NCBI GenBank assembly: GCA_051000215.1
Contig: JBPCON010000051.1
Location: 9,097 to 73,096, forward strand
Reading direction: 5' to 3'
DNA length: 64,000 bases
From: Acidimicrobiales bacterium
Lineage (GTDB): Bacteria > Actinomycetota > Acidimicrobiia > Acidimicrobiales > JACDCH01
In this document: piece after piece, positions 9,708 through 19,094 of the stretch
Layout of the letters: every line of letters begins with the position of its first letter
Numbering within the stretch: position 1 is the stretch's first letter
Program-made: the position numbers and the translations under genes
The notes under the pieces: model-generated
The model's database searches: none
What the model was told of the DNA's origin: nothing
Seen by the model: the letters and a program-made list of their open reading frames with translations, nothing else

Positions 9708-11453
9708 CTACTGGCCGACGCGAACCTCCACTGCGAGCCCGGAGCCGGACGGTTCGACAGCGACAACGAGTTGCCCGACGCGCCGTTCGACCGCGGCGGC
9801 GACGTGCCGCGGCTCGAACACCTCCCCGATCTCCTCTCGGCCCTCGACGGCCTCGGCCACCCCTACCGCAGTCGGCGAGGTGCTGCGCACGACGAGCACG
9901 TCGAGCCGATCGACACCAGCCTCGCGGAGCCCGGCGAGGACGTCATCGGCTCGAGCTCGCCCGTCGATGACGAGGACGGAGGCACCATCGCGCCACAGCA
10001 CCGCCCCCCGACTCAGCGAGGCCTCAGCTGGCCCCGGCGCCGACAACGCGATCGCGGGGGCGACGAGAGCGGCGAGCGCGAGAGCCACTCCGACGATCAC
10101 GATGAAGTGTGCGTGGGCACGTCGCCCCACGGCGATGGTGCCAACGGCCAAGGCCAGCACTGCCAGCTCGCGGAGGCCGAGCGCGCCGAAGGGCAACCGC
10201 GCTGACCAGCGCGCGACGAGCGCGAGCCACCCGACGAGCAAGCGCGTCGGCAGGTGGACGACGGCGGCAGCGGTGGGCCCGAGCCATCCGCCGACGAGCC
10301 CCGCGATCACACCCCACGCCATCACCGGCCCCGCCGCTGGTGCCGCGAGGACGTTGGCGAGCAGCCCGGCGAGCGGGACGCCGCCAAAGGCGACGGCGAG
10401 GATGGGTGCCACGCCGACTTGGGCAGCGACGCTGACGCTCACTGCCTCAGCGAGGGGCCGGGGGCCGGGCAGGTGGTGGGCGAGCGGTCGCGCGAGCACG
10501 AGGATGGCAGCCGATGCTGCGACCGAGAGCTGGAAGCCGATCGACTCGATCAGGAACGGATCGGCGACGAGCAGGCCGGTGACGGCGAGCGAAAGCACCC
10601 GGATGCCCGAAGCCTCGCGTCCGAGTGTCGCAGCGACAGCGGCGATCCCGGCCATGACCGCGGCCCGCAGCACCGATGGCTCAGCCCTCGTTGCGAGCAC
10701 GAACAGGCCGAGCACAGCGATGGTCGTCACCAAGCGAGTCCGAAGGCTCGAACGGCGGAACAAGGGCGTGGCCAAGGCCAGCACGAACGCCACGTTCTGC
10801 CCGGATACCGCGAGCAAGTGTGACAAACCGGCGCCGCGGAAGTCGTCCGCGATGTCGGGGGCCTCGTCGCGGTCGTCGCCGAGGACGAGCCCGAGGTAGA
10901 GGCCGCGCTGACGCTCCGGGAGTGCGGCGGCGCTGCGTTCGAGCGCGTCGCGCGCCACGTTCGCGAGCCGCGCTGGCCAGATCCCCTCCTTCCAACCGCC
11001 GACCTCGGCGACAACGAGCTGCGCTGCGATGTGTCGCCTGGTGAGCCAACTCGAACCTGGGGCCACCGCGCCGAGCGTGCCGTGCAGCTCGAGGCGGTCA
11101 CCGGCCTCACGGTCGAGCACGACGCGCGCCGGCGCCCCGCGTGCCGTCGCCTCGACGTGGCGCGCACCGATGCGCAGCTCCACCGTCACGGCGCCGCTCG
11201 GGCCCGCGACGGGGTCGTTCACGAGGGTCACCCACCCGGCAAAGGGCTCTCTCGGCCTGGCAACAAGCCCGAGCCTGTCGGACTCGCTGCGGGCACCGAC
11301 GAGGAGCACGATCGTGACGCACAGGATCCACGGCCGGTGCAGCAGCAGCGCAACGGCCAGCGCTGCAACAGCGACGAGGAGAGGAGGCCCGATGCCGACC
11401 CATGCGCCGAATGCTGCGCAGACGGCGAGCGCGACAGCCGACCGGTCGCTCAT
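9708..11453 (-). CDS. comEC: ComEC/Rec2 family DNA internalisation channel protein
   Basis: Polytopic membrane protein with the competence-domain signature (FRGAGLSHLLAVSGQNVAFV) located directly downstream of comEA. Start placed at the ATG at 11453 (MSDRSAVALAV...), because the track ORF over-extends into comEA. Confidence 0.8.
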   Translation of the reverse strand: MSDRSAVALAVCAAFGAWVGIGPPLLVAVAALAVALLLHRPWILCVTIVLLVGARSESDRLGLVARPREPFAGWVTLVNDPVAGPSGAVTVELRIGARHVEATARGAPARVVLDREAGDRLELHGTLGAVAPGSSWLTRRHIAAQLVVAEVGGWKEGIWPARLANVARDALERSAAALPERQRGLYLGLVLGDDRDEAPDIADDFRGAGLSHLLAVSGQNVAFVLALATPLFRRSSLRTRLVTTIAVLGLFVLATRAEPSVLRAAVMAGIAAVAATLGREASGIRVLSLAVTGLLVADPFLIESIGFQLSVAASAAILVLARPLAHHLPGPRPLAEAVSVSVAAQVGVAPILAVAFGGVPLAGLLANVLAAPAAGPVMAWGVIAGLVGGWLGPTAAAVVHLPTRLLVGWLALVARWSARLPFGALGLRELAVLALAVGTIAVGRRAHAHFIVIVGVALALAALVAPAIALSAPGPAEASLSRGAVLWRDGASVLVIDGRARADDVLAGLREAGVDRLDVLVVRSTSPTAVGVAEAVEGREEIGEVFEPRHVAAAVERRVGQLVVAVEPSGSGLAVEVRVGQ

Positions 11454-11502
11454 GCGGTCGCCGTTCGGTGCGCGCTTCGGCGCGTCACGCCATGCCAGGA
11501 CA

Positions 11503-12216
11503 TCAGACGCTGACGAGGGCGCGGATCTGTTCGAGCTTGGCCGGCCCGATGCCGCGCACCCGCAGCAACTCGTCGACCGATCTGTAGCTGCCATTTCGCT
11601 CGCGGTCGTCGACGATCGCCTTGGCCGTCGAAGGGCCGACGCCAGGCAACGCTTCGAGCTGCGCCTCTGTTGCCGCGTTGAGGTCGAGGGGCTCTTTCGG
11701 CGCACCGTCCGAGGCCGCGGGAGCATCACCAGGCACAGGTGAGGCCTCGCCGAGCCGAGGAACAGCGATGCGCTCGCCATCGTGGAGCAACGCCGCCAGG
11801 TTCACACGATCGGGGTCGGCGTCCGCTGCGAGCCCGCCAGCGGCCGCGACGAGGTCCGCGATCCTGCTCCCGGTCGCCAGCCGATACACCCCGGGCGCGA
11901 CGAACGCGCCGGCCGCATGCACAACCACTTGAGCCGGTGCTGTGCTGCTCACCTGCTGCCCACTGGATGAGCCAGCAGAGGTCGACGACGACGAAGCCAT
12001 CGGCAGCCCTTGCTCGGTGGGCTGGTGCGTTCCCGGGCGCATCACGACCAGCGCTGCCGCGAGCACGCCGAGGCCGAGCAGTGCAGCGCCGAGCATCTGA
12101 GCCATCGTCCATCGACTGCGCAGCACTTCGAGCCGCTCGCGCCAGTCGCGCGGCGGATCAGGTCGCGCCGGCTCGAGCCGCGGCATGTCGGCGGTGAAGG
12201 TTTGGTCTTCTCCCAT
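11503..12216 (-). CDS. comEA: ComEA family DNA-binding protein (SLBB + tandem helix-hairpin-helix)
   Basis: TM anchor, an SLBB-like segment (GVYRLATGSRIADLVAAAGG), and a C-terminal LDLNAATEAQLEALPGVGPSTAKAIVDDRERNGSYRSVDELLRVRGIGPAKLEQI HhH motif. Confidence 0.85.
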   Translation of the reverse strand: MGEDQTFTADMPRLEPARPDPPRDWRERLEVLRSRWTMAQMLGAALLGLGVLAAALVVMRPGTHQPTEQGLPMASSSSTSAGSSSGQQVSSTAPAQVVVHAAGAFVAPGVYRLATGSRIADLVAAAGGLAADADPDRVNLAALLHDGERIAVPRLGEASPVPGDAPAASDGAPKEPLDLNAATEAQLEALPGVGPSTAKAIVDDRERNGSYRSVDELLRVRGIGPAKLEQIRALVSV

Positions 12217-12279
12217 TGGGCTGCTCCTCGGCGCGCGTGGTCACAACGAGGGGAAGCTCAGGGGGAAGCGACGTGCAGA

Positions 12280-12603
12280 CTAGTGGCCCGACGATTCGAC
12301 GTGCGAGGAACGACGGGCGCGCCACTCGGCCTCGACCTCGAAGGAGATGCGTCGGTACGACGCCCAGTGCCCGTAGCCCCTGACGCGCCAACGGAGGTAC
12401 TCGAGAACGTACCGGGCGAGAAAGCCAGGGATGCCGAGCTCGCGGTACTGGCGGACATGCTCGAGCTCGTGGCGTAGCAGATGCTCGTCGGCGACGGCCG
12501 TTTCACGGATGAAGATGACCCTGCCGACCGTCGTGGCCGCGGCGCCCGGCGCAGCCCTCCCGACGAGCAGGGTGTACCCCGCGCCCCGCTCGAGGCGCAT
12601 CAC
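12280..12603 (-). CDS. small DUF4157-like HExxH metallopeptidase-motif protein
   Basis: 107 aa. TTVGRVIFIRETAVADEHLLRHELEHVRQY resembles the DUF4157 (eCIS core domain) pattern and contains HExxH. GC3 is high. GTG at 12603 or ATG at 12600. Confidence 0.6.
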   Translation of the reverse strand: MMRLERGAGYTLLVGRAAPGAAATTVGRVIFIRETAVADEHLLRHELEHVRQYRELGIPGFLARYVLEYLRWRVRGYGHWASYRRISFEVEAEWRARRSSHVESSGH

Positions 12604-12722
12604 CGGCTAAGAGGCCGAGCGATAGGCGAGGCCGTGGCCCGAGCGGCCCGCCGGCGAAGCCGGCAAGAGCGGAGTAACCGGTTTGACCCTGCGCGGGCGA
12701 CGCTCACCTGTCCGCGCCGGTC

Positions 12723-13439
12723 CTAATAGAGGGCGGAGGTGAGCTTGCGGCGGTACGCGGCGGTGCGCGGGTCGTCCGGCCCGAGCACTTCGAGCAGATC
12801 GACGAGCTCCTGGCGGGCGTCGTCGTCGCCCTTCACTCGAGCCAGCAAATCGTCGAGCTTCGCTGTCATCTCGTCGGTGTCGACGTCCGCCTCGTCTCCT
12901 ACCCGCGCGAGCGCAGCGATCCGTCGCGTGTCGGGTGTCTCCGGGATGCGTTCGAGCAGCGCGAGCGCCTCCCCGCCCTCGCCCTTGCCGACGAGCAACT
13001 CGGCGAGCGCGACGACGGCGCCCTCGTGACCCGCGTCGCGCTCGAGCACCGCGCGCAGTGAGGCCTCGTCGCCGCTGTCGAGCAGCGCGCTCAGCTCGTC
13101 ATCGGCGGCTGTGGGTAGCAGCGACGTCACGAACTCGCGCACGGCCGCTTCGCCCTGCGCACCGATGAAGCCGTTGATCACCTTGCGATCGCGGACAGCG
13201 AAGACAGCGGGGATGCTCTGCACCTGAAAGGTGGAGGAGGCCCGAGGATTGTCGTCGACGTTGATCTTCGCGAGCACCACCTTGCCCTCGGTCTCGTCCA
13301 CGACCTTCTCGATGATCGGACCGAGGGTCTTGCACGGGCCGCACCACGGAGCCCACAGGTCGACCACGACGGGCACATCGTCCGAACGAACGAGGACGTC
13401 GGTCTCGAAGGTGGCGTCGTTGACATCGATGGCGGCCAT
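12723..13439 (-). CDS. thioredoxin-domain + TPR-like co-chaperone (YbbN/CnoX-like)
   Basis: MAAIDVNDATFETDVL...VVDLWAPWCGPCK is a thioredoxin WCGPC motif and is followed by a helical TPR-like C-terminal half. Start moved to the ATG at 13439; the remainder of the 517-aa track ORF is antisense to the next gene. Confidence 0.85.
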   Translation of the reverse strand: MAAIDVNDATFETDVLVRSDDVPVVVDLWAPWCGPCKTLGPIIEKVVDETEGKVVLAKINVDDNPRASSTFQVQSIPAVFAVRDRKVINGFIGAQGEAAVREFVTSLLPTAADDELSALLDSGDEASLRAVLERDAGHEGAVVALAELLVGKGEGGEALALLERIPETPDTRRIAALARVGDEADVDTDEMTAKLDDLLARVKGDDDARQELVDLLEVLGPDDPRTAAYRRKLTSALY

Positions 13440-13496
13440 GACCCAGAGGCTACGCGGCGCCAGCGTCGATCGGAACGCCGGGTACGGTGATCGGCG

Positions 13497-14546
13497 ATGA
13501 CGCAGACCAACGGCGACCCGGACGGCGTTCACGGTGCCGCGGTGACGGCGTGGTTCGCCGAGCATGTGCCAGATGCCGTCGCGCCGTTGGACTTCTCGCT
13601 CATCGCCGGGGGCCATTCGAACCTGACCTATCGCGTCGCTGACGCGGCGGGCGGGCGCTGGGTGTTGCGTCGCCCGCCGCTCGGCCATGTCCTCGCCACC
13701 GCGCACGACATGGGCCGCGAGCACAAGATCATCGCGGCGCTCGGCCCGACCGCGGTGCCGGTCCCACCGATCGCCGGGCTCTGCTCCGACGACTCCGTGA
13801 ACGGTGCGCCCTTCTACGTGATGCGCTTCGTCGAGGGTCACGTCGTGCGCGACGCCGCTACGGCGCACTCCGTGCTCGACGATGCCGGCCGGCGACACGC
13901 CGGCGACTCCATCGCAGACGTGCTCGCCGACATCCACGCCGTTGATGTCGACGCCGTGGGGCTCGGCGACCTCGGCAAGAAGGAGGGCTACATCGCTCGC
14001 CAGCTCAAGCGCTGGTACTCGCAGTTCCAGTCGTCCAACGAGCTGACCGGTCGAGCCGTGCCCCTCGTCCACGACGTGCACGATGCGCTCGCCGCGCGCA
14101 TCCCTGAGCAAGGCGCGCCAGCGATCGTCCACGGCGACTACCGCCTCGACAACTGCCTTGTCGACGACGCAGGGCACATCGCGGCAGTGCTCGACTGGGA
14201 GCTGTGCACCCTCGGTGACCCGCTCGCCGATCTTGGCCTGCTGATCGTCTACTGGACCGAGCCCGGCGACGCGCAACAGGCCCTGCTCGCGGCGCCGACC
14301 GTAGTCGAAGGCTTCCCGTCGAGAGCTGAGGTGGTCGACCGCTACGCCGAACGCTCCGGCCGCGACGTGTCCTCCGTCGACTTCTATGTCGCCTTCGGTT
14401 ACTGGAAGCTCGCGTGCATCATCGAAGGCGTCTTCGCTCGCTACTCCAAGGGAGCCATGGGCAAGGCTTCGGGCTACGAGGGCTTTGAGCGCCAGGTGAG
14501 CGGCTTGGCCGAGCTTGCAGCCGATCGGGTCGCGGCGCTCGCGTGA
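13497..14546 (+). CDS. phosphotransferase (APH/choline-kinase-like) family protein
   Basis: Kinase-like fold motifs IVHGDYRLDNCLV (catalytic loop) and VLDWELCTLGDPLADLG. The N-terminus resembles the actinobacterial acyl-CoA-dehydrogenase-associated APH family. Confidence 0.85.
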   Translation: MTQTNGDPDGVHGAAVTAWFAEHVPDAVAPLDFSLIAGGHSNLTYRVADAAGGRWVLRRPPLGHVLATAHDMGREHKIIAALGPTAVPVPPIAGLCSDDSVNGAPFYVMRFVEGHVVRDAATAHSVLDDAGRRHAGDSIADVLADIHAVDVDAVGLGDLGKKEGYIARQLKRWYSQFQSSNELTGRAVPLVHDVHDALAARIPEQGAPAIVHGDYRLDNCLVDDAGHIAAVLDWELCTLGDPLADLGLLIVYWTEPGDAQQALLAAPTVVEGFPSRAEVVDRYAERSGRDVSSVDFYVAFGYWKLACIIEGVFARYSKGAMGKASGYEGFERQVSGLAELAADRVAALA

Positions 14547-15409
14547 GCCCTCTCTTCGAGCTCGTCGAGCGGCCAGACCTCGACTCGCCTGTCCTCGTCC
14601 TCGCGCTCGACGGATGGATCGACGCCGGCATGGGAGCTACCGGCGCCCGCTCGGCGATCATGGAGCAGCTCGAGACGGTGACGGTGGCCACCTTCGATTG
14701 CGATCTCCTCCTCGACCATCGGGCGCGGCGCCCGACGATGCACCTCGAAGACGGGGTCATGACGGGACTGAGCTGGCCCACCATCGAGCTGCGAGCGGCA
14801 AGCGACACCGAAGGCAACGACTTCCTCCTCCTCGCCGGCGCCGAGCCCGATCACACCTGGCGGGCGTTCAGCCGTGCCGCTATCGACCTCGCCATGGAGT
14901 TCGGCGCTCGACTCGTGGTCGGCCTGGGCGCCTATCCAGCCCCGGTCCCCCACACGCGCCCGGCGCGGCTGGCTGTCTCTGCCAGCGAACCGACTCTCGC
15001 CGCGATCGCGCCGGTGCACACCACCGTCGATGTCCCTGCCGGTGTGCAAGCTGCGATCGAGCATCGCGCGCACGAGCTCGGCATACCGGCGGTCGGGCTC
15101 TGGGCGCAGGTTCCGCACTACGTTTCTGCGATGCCATACCCCGCAGCCAGCGCGGCGCTGCTCGAAGCGCTCGGTTCGGTCGCGTCGTTGCACATCGACG
15201 CGTTGCCGCTCCTCGAGGAGGCGGCGTCGACCCGTCGGCGCCTCGATGCGCTCGTGGCGGACAACCAGGATCACACGTCGATGGTTGGGCAACTCGAGAC
15301 GTCGTACGACGCCGACGGCGAGGCGCCCACCGGCACGCTCGGTGTGGGCCCGTTGCCGAGCGGCGACGAGCTCGCAGCCGAGCTCGAGCAGTTCTTGCGA
15401 GACCAGTGA
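14543..15409 (+). CDS. PAC2 (proteasome assembly chaperone 2-like) family protein
   Basis: PVLVLALDGWIDAGMGATGA... is a PAC2-family N-terminus. The GTG start overlaps the upstream stop (GTGA). Confidence 0.8.
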   Translation: MSPLFELVERPDLDSPVLVLALDGWIDAGMGATGARSAIMEQLETVTVATFDCDLLLDHRARRPTMHLEDGVMTGLSWPTIELRAASDTEGNDFLLLAGAEPDHTWRAFSRAAIDLAMEFGARLVVGLGAYPAPVPHTRPARLAVSASEPTLAAIAPVHTTVDVPAGVQAAIEHRAHELGIPAVGLWAQVPHYVSAMPYPAASAALLEALGSVASLHIDALPLLEEAASTRRRLDALVADNQDHTSMVGQLETSYDADGEAPTGTLGVGPLPSGDELAAELEQFLRDQ

Positions 15410-15428
15410 CGACACGTCGAGCCAGCGC

Positions 15429-16436
15429 ATGAGGGTCGACGGAGGTATCACCTTCGAGCTTTCCGGCGCCGCAGCCGGCGCCGCGGAACAAGAAGCTGCC
15501 GGTTACGACGGCGTCTGGACGGCGGAGACCAGCCACGATCCGTTCCTGCCGCTGCTGCTGGCCGCGGGGTCGACGAGCCGCATCGAGCTCGGCACATCGA
15601 TCGCTGTCGCGTTCGCACGAAGCCCGATGACCATGGCCATGACAGCCAACGATCTGCAGCTGGCGTCGTCGGGCCGGTTCATCCTGGGGCTCGGCAGCCA
15701 GATCAAGCCGCACATCGAGAAGCGCTTCTCGATGCCGTGGTCGCATCCCGCCCCGCGCATGCGCGAGTTCATCCTCGCTATGCGGGCGATCTGGGCGAGT
15801 TGGAACGAGGGGGCCAAGCTCGAGTTCCGCGGCGACTTCTACACCCACACGCTCATGACGCCGTTCTTCAACCCGGGCCCGAATCCGAGCGGTCCTCCCA
15901 AGGTGTTTCTCGCCGGCGTTGGCGAGCGCATGACCGAGGTCGCAGGCGAGGTGTGCGACGGCTTCATCTGCCACGGGTTCACAACGGAGCGCTACCTCCG
16001 AGAGGTCACCATCCCCGCGTTGGAGCGGGGCCGCGCCAAGGCCGGCAAGTCGATGCGAGGCTTCGAGATCGCGGGGCCGAGCTTCGTGGTGACCGGCGGC
16101 TCCGACGAGCAGATGGCGAAGGCTGCAGACGGCACGAAGCAGCAGATCGCGTTCTACGGTTCGACGCCCGCCTACAAGGGGGTGCTCGAGCTCCATGGTT
16201 GGGGTGGTTTGCAGGACGAGCTCAACGCCCTGTCGAAGCAGGGCAAGTGGGTCGAGATGGGCGGGCTCATCGACGACGAGATCCTCAACACGTTCGCCGT
16301 CGTTGGTGAGCCTGAGCAGGTCGCCCCGGAGCTGCAACGCCGCTACGGCGACGTCATAAGCCGCATCAGCCTCTACACCCCCTACGAGACGGACCCGGAT
16401 CGCTGGGCGCAGGTGCTCTCGGCGCTGAAAAGCTGA
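15429..16436 (+). CDS. LLM-class (luciferase-like) F420-dependent oxidoreductase
   Basis: AAGYDGVWTAETSHDPFLPLLLAA...RFILGLGSQIKPHIEKRF is typical of LLM/F420 enzymes. ATG at 15429; the upstream part of the track ORF overlaps the PAC2 gene out of frame. Confidence 0.8.
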   Translation: MRVDGGITFELSGAAAGAAEQEAAGYDGVWTAETSHDPFLPLLLAAGSTSRIELGTSIAVAFARSPMTMAMTANDLQLASSGRFILGLGSQIKPHIEKRFSMPWSHPAPRMREFILAMRAIWASWNEGAKLEFRGDFYTHTLMTPFFNPGPNPSGPPKVFLAGVGERMTEVAGEVCDGFICHGFTTERYLREVTIPALERGRAKAGKSMRGFEIAGPSFVVTGGSDEQMAKAADGTKQQIAFYGSTPAYKGVLELHGWGGLQDELNALSKQGKWVEMGGLIDDEILNTFAVVGEPEQVAPELQRRYGDVISRISLYTPYETDPDRWAQVLSALKS

Positions 16437-16450
16437 TCTCGAGGCCCGCG

Positions 16451-18883
16451 TCAGACGACGATGTTGACGAGTCGCGGGGGGCGGGCGATCACCCTCTTCG
16501 GCTCCGCACCGCCGAGCGCGTCGATCACGTTCGCATCGGCGAGCGCGAGGGCTTCCGCCTTTGCCGCGCTCGTGCCAGCTTCGACCTCGATGCGCGCGCG
16601 CAGCTTGCCGTTCACCTGCACAACCATCGTGACGCTGTCGACCTCGGCCATCGCGGCGTCGGCGACGGGCCAGCCCAGCAGATGGATGTGCTCTCCCGCG
16701 TGACGAAGCTCCCACAGCTCAGCGGTGATGTGGGGTGCGGCCGGCGCGAGCAACCGCAAGAGCGTGTCGACCCCGAAATCGGTCCGGCCCAATTTGTAGA
16801 GCAGGTTGACGAACTCCATGTAGCCAGCGACAGCCGTGTTGTACGACCAGCGCTCGAAGTCGTTGGTGATTCGCACGATGAGTCGATGAGCGCCACGATC
16901 GACCTCGACTGCCTCTGCACCCTGCGCGACGGGAACGGAGCTGCTCGAGGGATCGGCAACACGCCACACGCGCTGCAAGAACCGCCAGCACCCTTCCAGG
17001 CCGACAGATTCCCAATCGACGTCGTCGGCCGGCGGCCCCGCGAAGAGGTGGGCGAGCCGGAGAGCATCAGCCCCCTCGGCGTCGAGGATCTCCTCCGGCG
17101 CGATGAGGTTTCCCTTCGACTTCGACATGCGCGTGCCGCCGAGGCGAACCATCCCTTGCGTGAACAGCCGGGCGAATGGTTCTCGTACCCCGGTCGGCGC
17201 CACGCCGATGTCGGCAAGCGCCTTGGTGAAGAACCGCGCGTACATCAGGTGGAGGATGGCGTGCTCGACCCCGCCGATGTACTGACCGACCGGCATCCAT
17301 TTCGCGACAGCCTCCGGCGCGAACGGTGCAGCATCGTTCCACGGGTCGCAGAAGCGCAGGAAGTACCAGGACGAGTCAACGAAGGTGTCCATGGTGTCTG
17401 TCTCGCGCGTCGCCGGCCCGCCACAGATCGGGCACGTCGTGTGCAAGAAGCCCTCGTGATGACGAAGGGGAGACTCGCCCGTCGGCAGGAACTCGACATC
17501 ATCGGGCGCGACGACCGGCAGCTGCTCGTCTGGCACCGGAACCGCACCGTGAGCGGGGCAATACACGATCGGTATCGGACAACCCCAGAAGCGTTGACGC
17601 GACAACAGCCAGTCGCGCAGACGGAAGTTGACCCGCCCCTCGCCGATGCCCTCGGCCTCGAGCCACTCGATCGACGCGGCGATGGCGTCTTCCTTGCCCA
17701 ACCCGTCGAGCCACGCGCTGTTGATGTGCCGGCCCTCGCCGGTGTATGCCGCGCCCTCCCAACCCTCAGGACGCTCCACGGTGTCGACGATCGCGAGACC
17801 GAACGCGTTCGCGAAGTCCCAGTCGCGCTGATCGCCACCTGGCACCGCCATGATCGCGCCCGTCCCGTAGGTGCCGAGCACGTAGTCGGCGAGGTAGATC
17901 GGCACCGGCTCGCGGTTGAACGGGTTCACCGCGTACGCCCCCGTGAAGCAGCCGCGTCGCTCGATCGGCCCCTCAGACGACAACCGGTCGATCTCCGCCG
18001 ACTTGCTGACGCGTTCGACAAAAGCCTCGACGTCTTCCCGGCGGTCAGGTGTGGTGATGTGCGCGACGAGCTCGTGCTCGGGTGCGAGCACGCAGAACGT
18101 CATGCCGAAGGCTGTGTCGGGACGGGTCGTGTACACGCGGAATGTCGAGCCGCTCGGGCTCCCCGCGGCGTCGCTGACCTCGAGTGTGAACTCTGCGCCC
18201 TCTGATCGCCCGACCCAGTTGCGCTGCATCGTCTTGACCTTCTCCGGCCAATCGAGCTCGTCGAGCCCGTCGAGCAGCTCCTGTGCGTAGTCGGTGATCC
18301 TGAAGAACCACTGCTCGAGGTCGCGCTTTTCGACCAGGTCGCCCGAGCGCTCGCAGGTGCCGTCACCGAGCACCTGCTCGTTGGCCAGCACCGTCTGGCA
18401 GCCCGGGCACCAGTTCACGGGTGCTCGGGCTCGGTACGCCAGTCCCGCCTCGAGGAACCGCAAGAAGATCCATTGGCTCCAATGGATGTAGCTCGAGTCG
18501 TGACTGCGGACCACCCGACGCCAGTCGTAGGAGGCACCGATGCGCTGCAAGCTCGAGCCGAGCTCCTCGATCCGAGCTTCGGTGAACGTTCGCGGATGTT
18601 GGCCGGTCCGTATCGCGGCGTTCTCGGCGGGGAGGCCGAAGCTGTCGAAGCCGATCGGGCTGAGCACACCGAAGCCGCGCATCGTGCGGTAGCGGGTGAT
18701 CAGGTCGCCAAAGGTGTAGTTGCGCACGTGGCCCATGTGGGCCTGACCGGATGGGTACGGGTACATGCACAGCACGTAGTACGGCGGTCGCGGGTCGTCG
18801 TTGTCGATCTCGTACGTGCCTTCGTCGCGCCAGCGCTGCTGCCAATTGCGCTCGATCGTCTGCACGTCGTAGCCGTCGGCCAT
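16451..18883 (-). CDS. leuS: leucine--tRNA ligase
   Basis: Class I HIGH motif ([15 protein letters not shown]), a KMSKS motif (RMSKSKGN), and full-length LeuS similarity. ATG at 18883 ([18 protein letters not shown]). Confidence 0.95.
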   Translation of the reverse strand: MADGYDVQTIERNWQQRWRDEGTYEIDNDDPRPPYYVLCMYPYPSGQAHMGHVRNYTFGDLITRYRTMRGFGVLSPIGFDSFGLPAENAAIRTGQHPRTFTEARIEELGSSLQRIGASYDWRRVVRSHDSSYIHWSQWIFLRFLEAGLAYRARAPVNWCPGCQTVLANEQVLGDGTCERSGDLVEKRDLEQWFFRITDYAQELLDGLDELDWPEKVKTMQRNWVGRSEGAEFTLEVSDAAGSPSGSTFRVYTTRPDTAFGMTFCVLAPEHELVAHITTPDRREDVEAFVERVSKSAEIDRLSSEGPIERRGCFTGAYAVNPFNREPVPIYLADYVLGTYGTGAIMAVPGGDQRDWDFANAFGLAIVDTVERPEGWEGAAYTGEGRHINSAWLDGLGKEDAIAASIEWLEAEGIGEGRVNFRLRDWLLSRQRFWGCPIPIVYCPAHGAVPVPDEQLPVVAPDDVEFLPTGESPLRHHEGFLHTTCPICGGPATRETDTMDTFVDSSWYFLRFCDPWNDAAPFAPEAVAKWMPVGQYIGGVEHAILHLMYARFFTKALADIGVAPTGVREPFARLFTQGMVRLGGTRMSKSKGNLIAPEEILDAEGADALRLAHLFAGPPADDVDWESVGLEGCWRFLQRVWRVADPSSSSVPVAQGAEAVEVDRGAHRLIVRITNDFERWSYNTAVAGYMEFVNLLYKLGRTDFGVDTLLRLLAPAAPHITAELWELRHAGEHIHLLGWPVADAAMAEVDSVTMVVQVNGKLRARIEVEAGTSAAKAEALALADANVIDALGGAEPKRVIARPPRLVNIVV

Positions 18884-18975
18884 GGGCGCGGATCGTACCG
18901 GCGCGCCACCGGCGCCCATGCACCAGATCCGATACCGGTGGCCCGGATCCGTGCTGCTAGCTTCGACGTCTCCGC

Positions 18976-19048
18976 GGGGCTATAGCTCAGTTGGTAGAGC
19001 GCTTCCATGGCATGGAAGAGGTCAGGGGTTCGATTCCCCTTAGCTCCA
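18976..19048 (+). tRNA. tRNA-Ala (anticodon GGC)
   Basis: Hand-folded cloverleaf. Acceptor GGGGCUA/UAGCUCC includes the G3:U70 Ala identity pair, the anticodon loop is AUGGCAU, and the T-loop is UUCGAUU. CCA is not encoded. Confidence 0.9.
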
Positions 19049-19094
19049 CTCTTGGAGCGGGAGCGCGGCGGCGTAGGTTCGCTTCCTTGGCGCT

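Noticed and set aside
13440-14276. Upstream extension of the thioredoxin ORF (517-aa version)
   Set aside because: The extension is antisense to the phosphotransferase gene. The thioredoxin-fold N-terminus (MAAIDVNDATFETDVL) begins at 13439.
14880-16715. 611-aa - strand ORF, and the 14874-15428 part of the 520-aa + ORF
   Set aside because: These are antisense or out-of-frame overlaps of the PAC2 and LLM oxidoreductase genes. Their translations are Arg/Pro-rich. The real LLM gene starts at the ATG at 15429.
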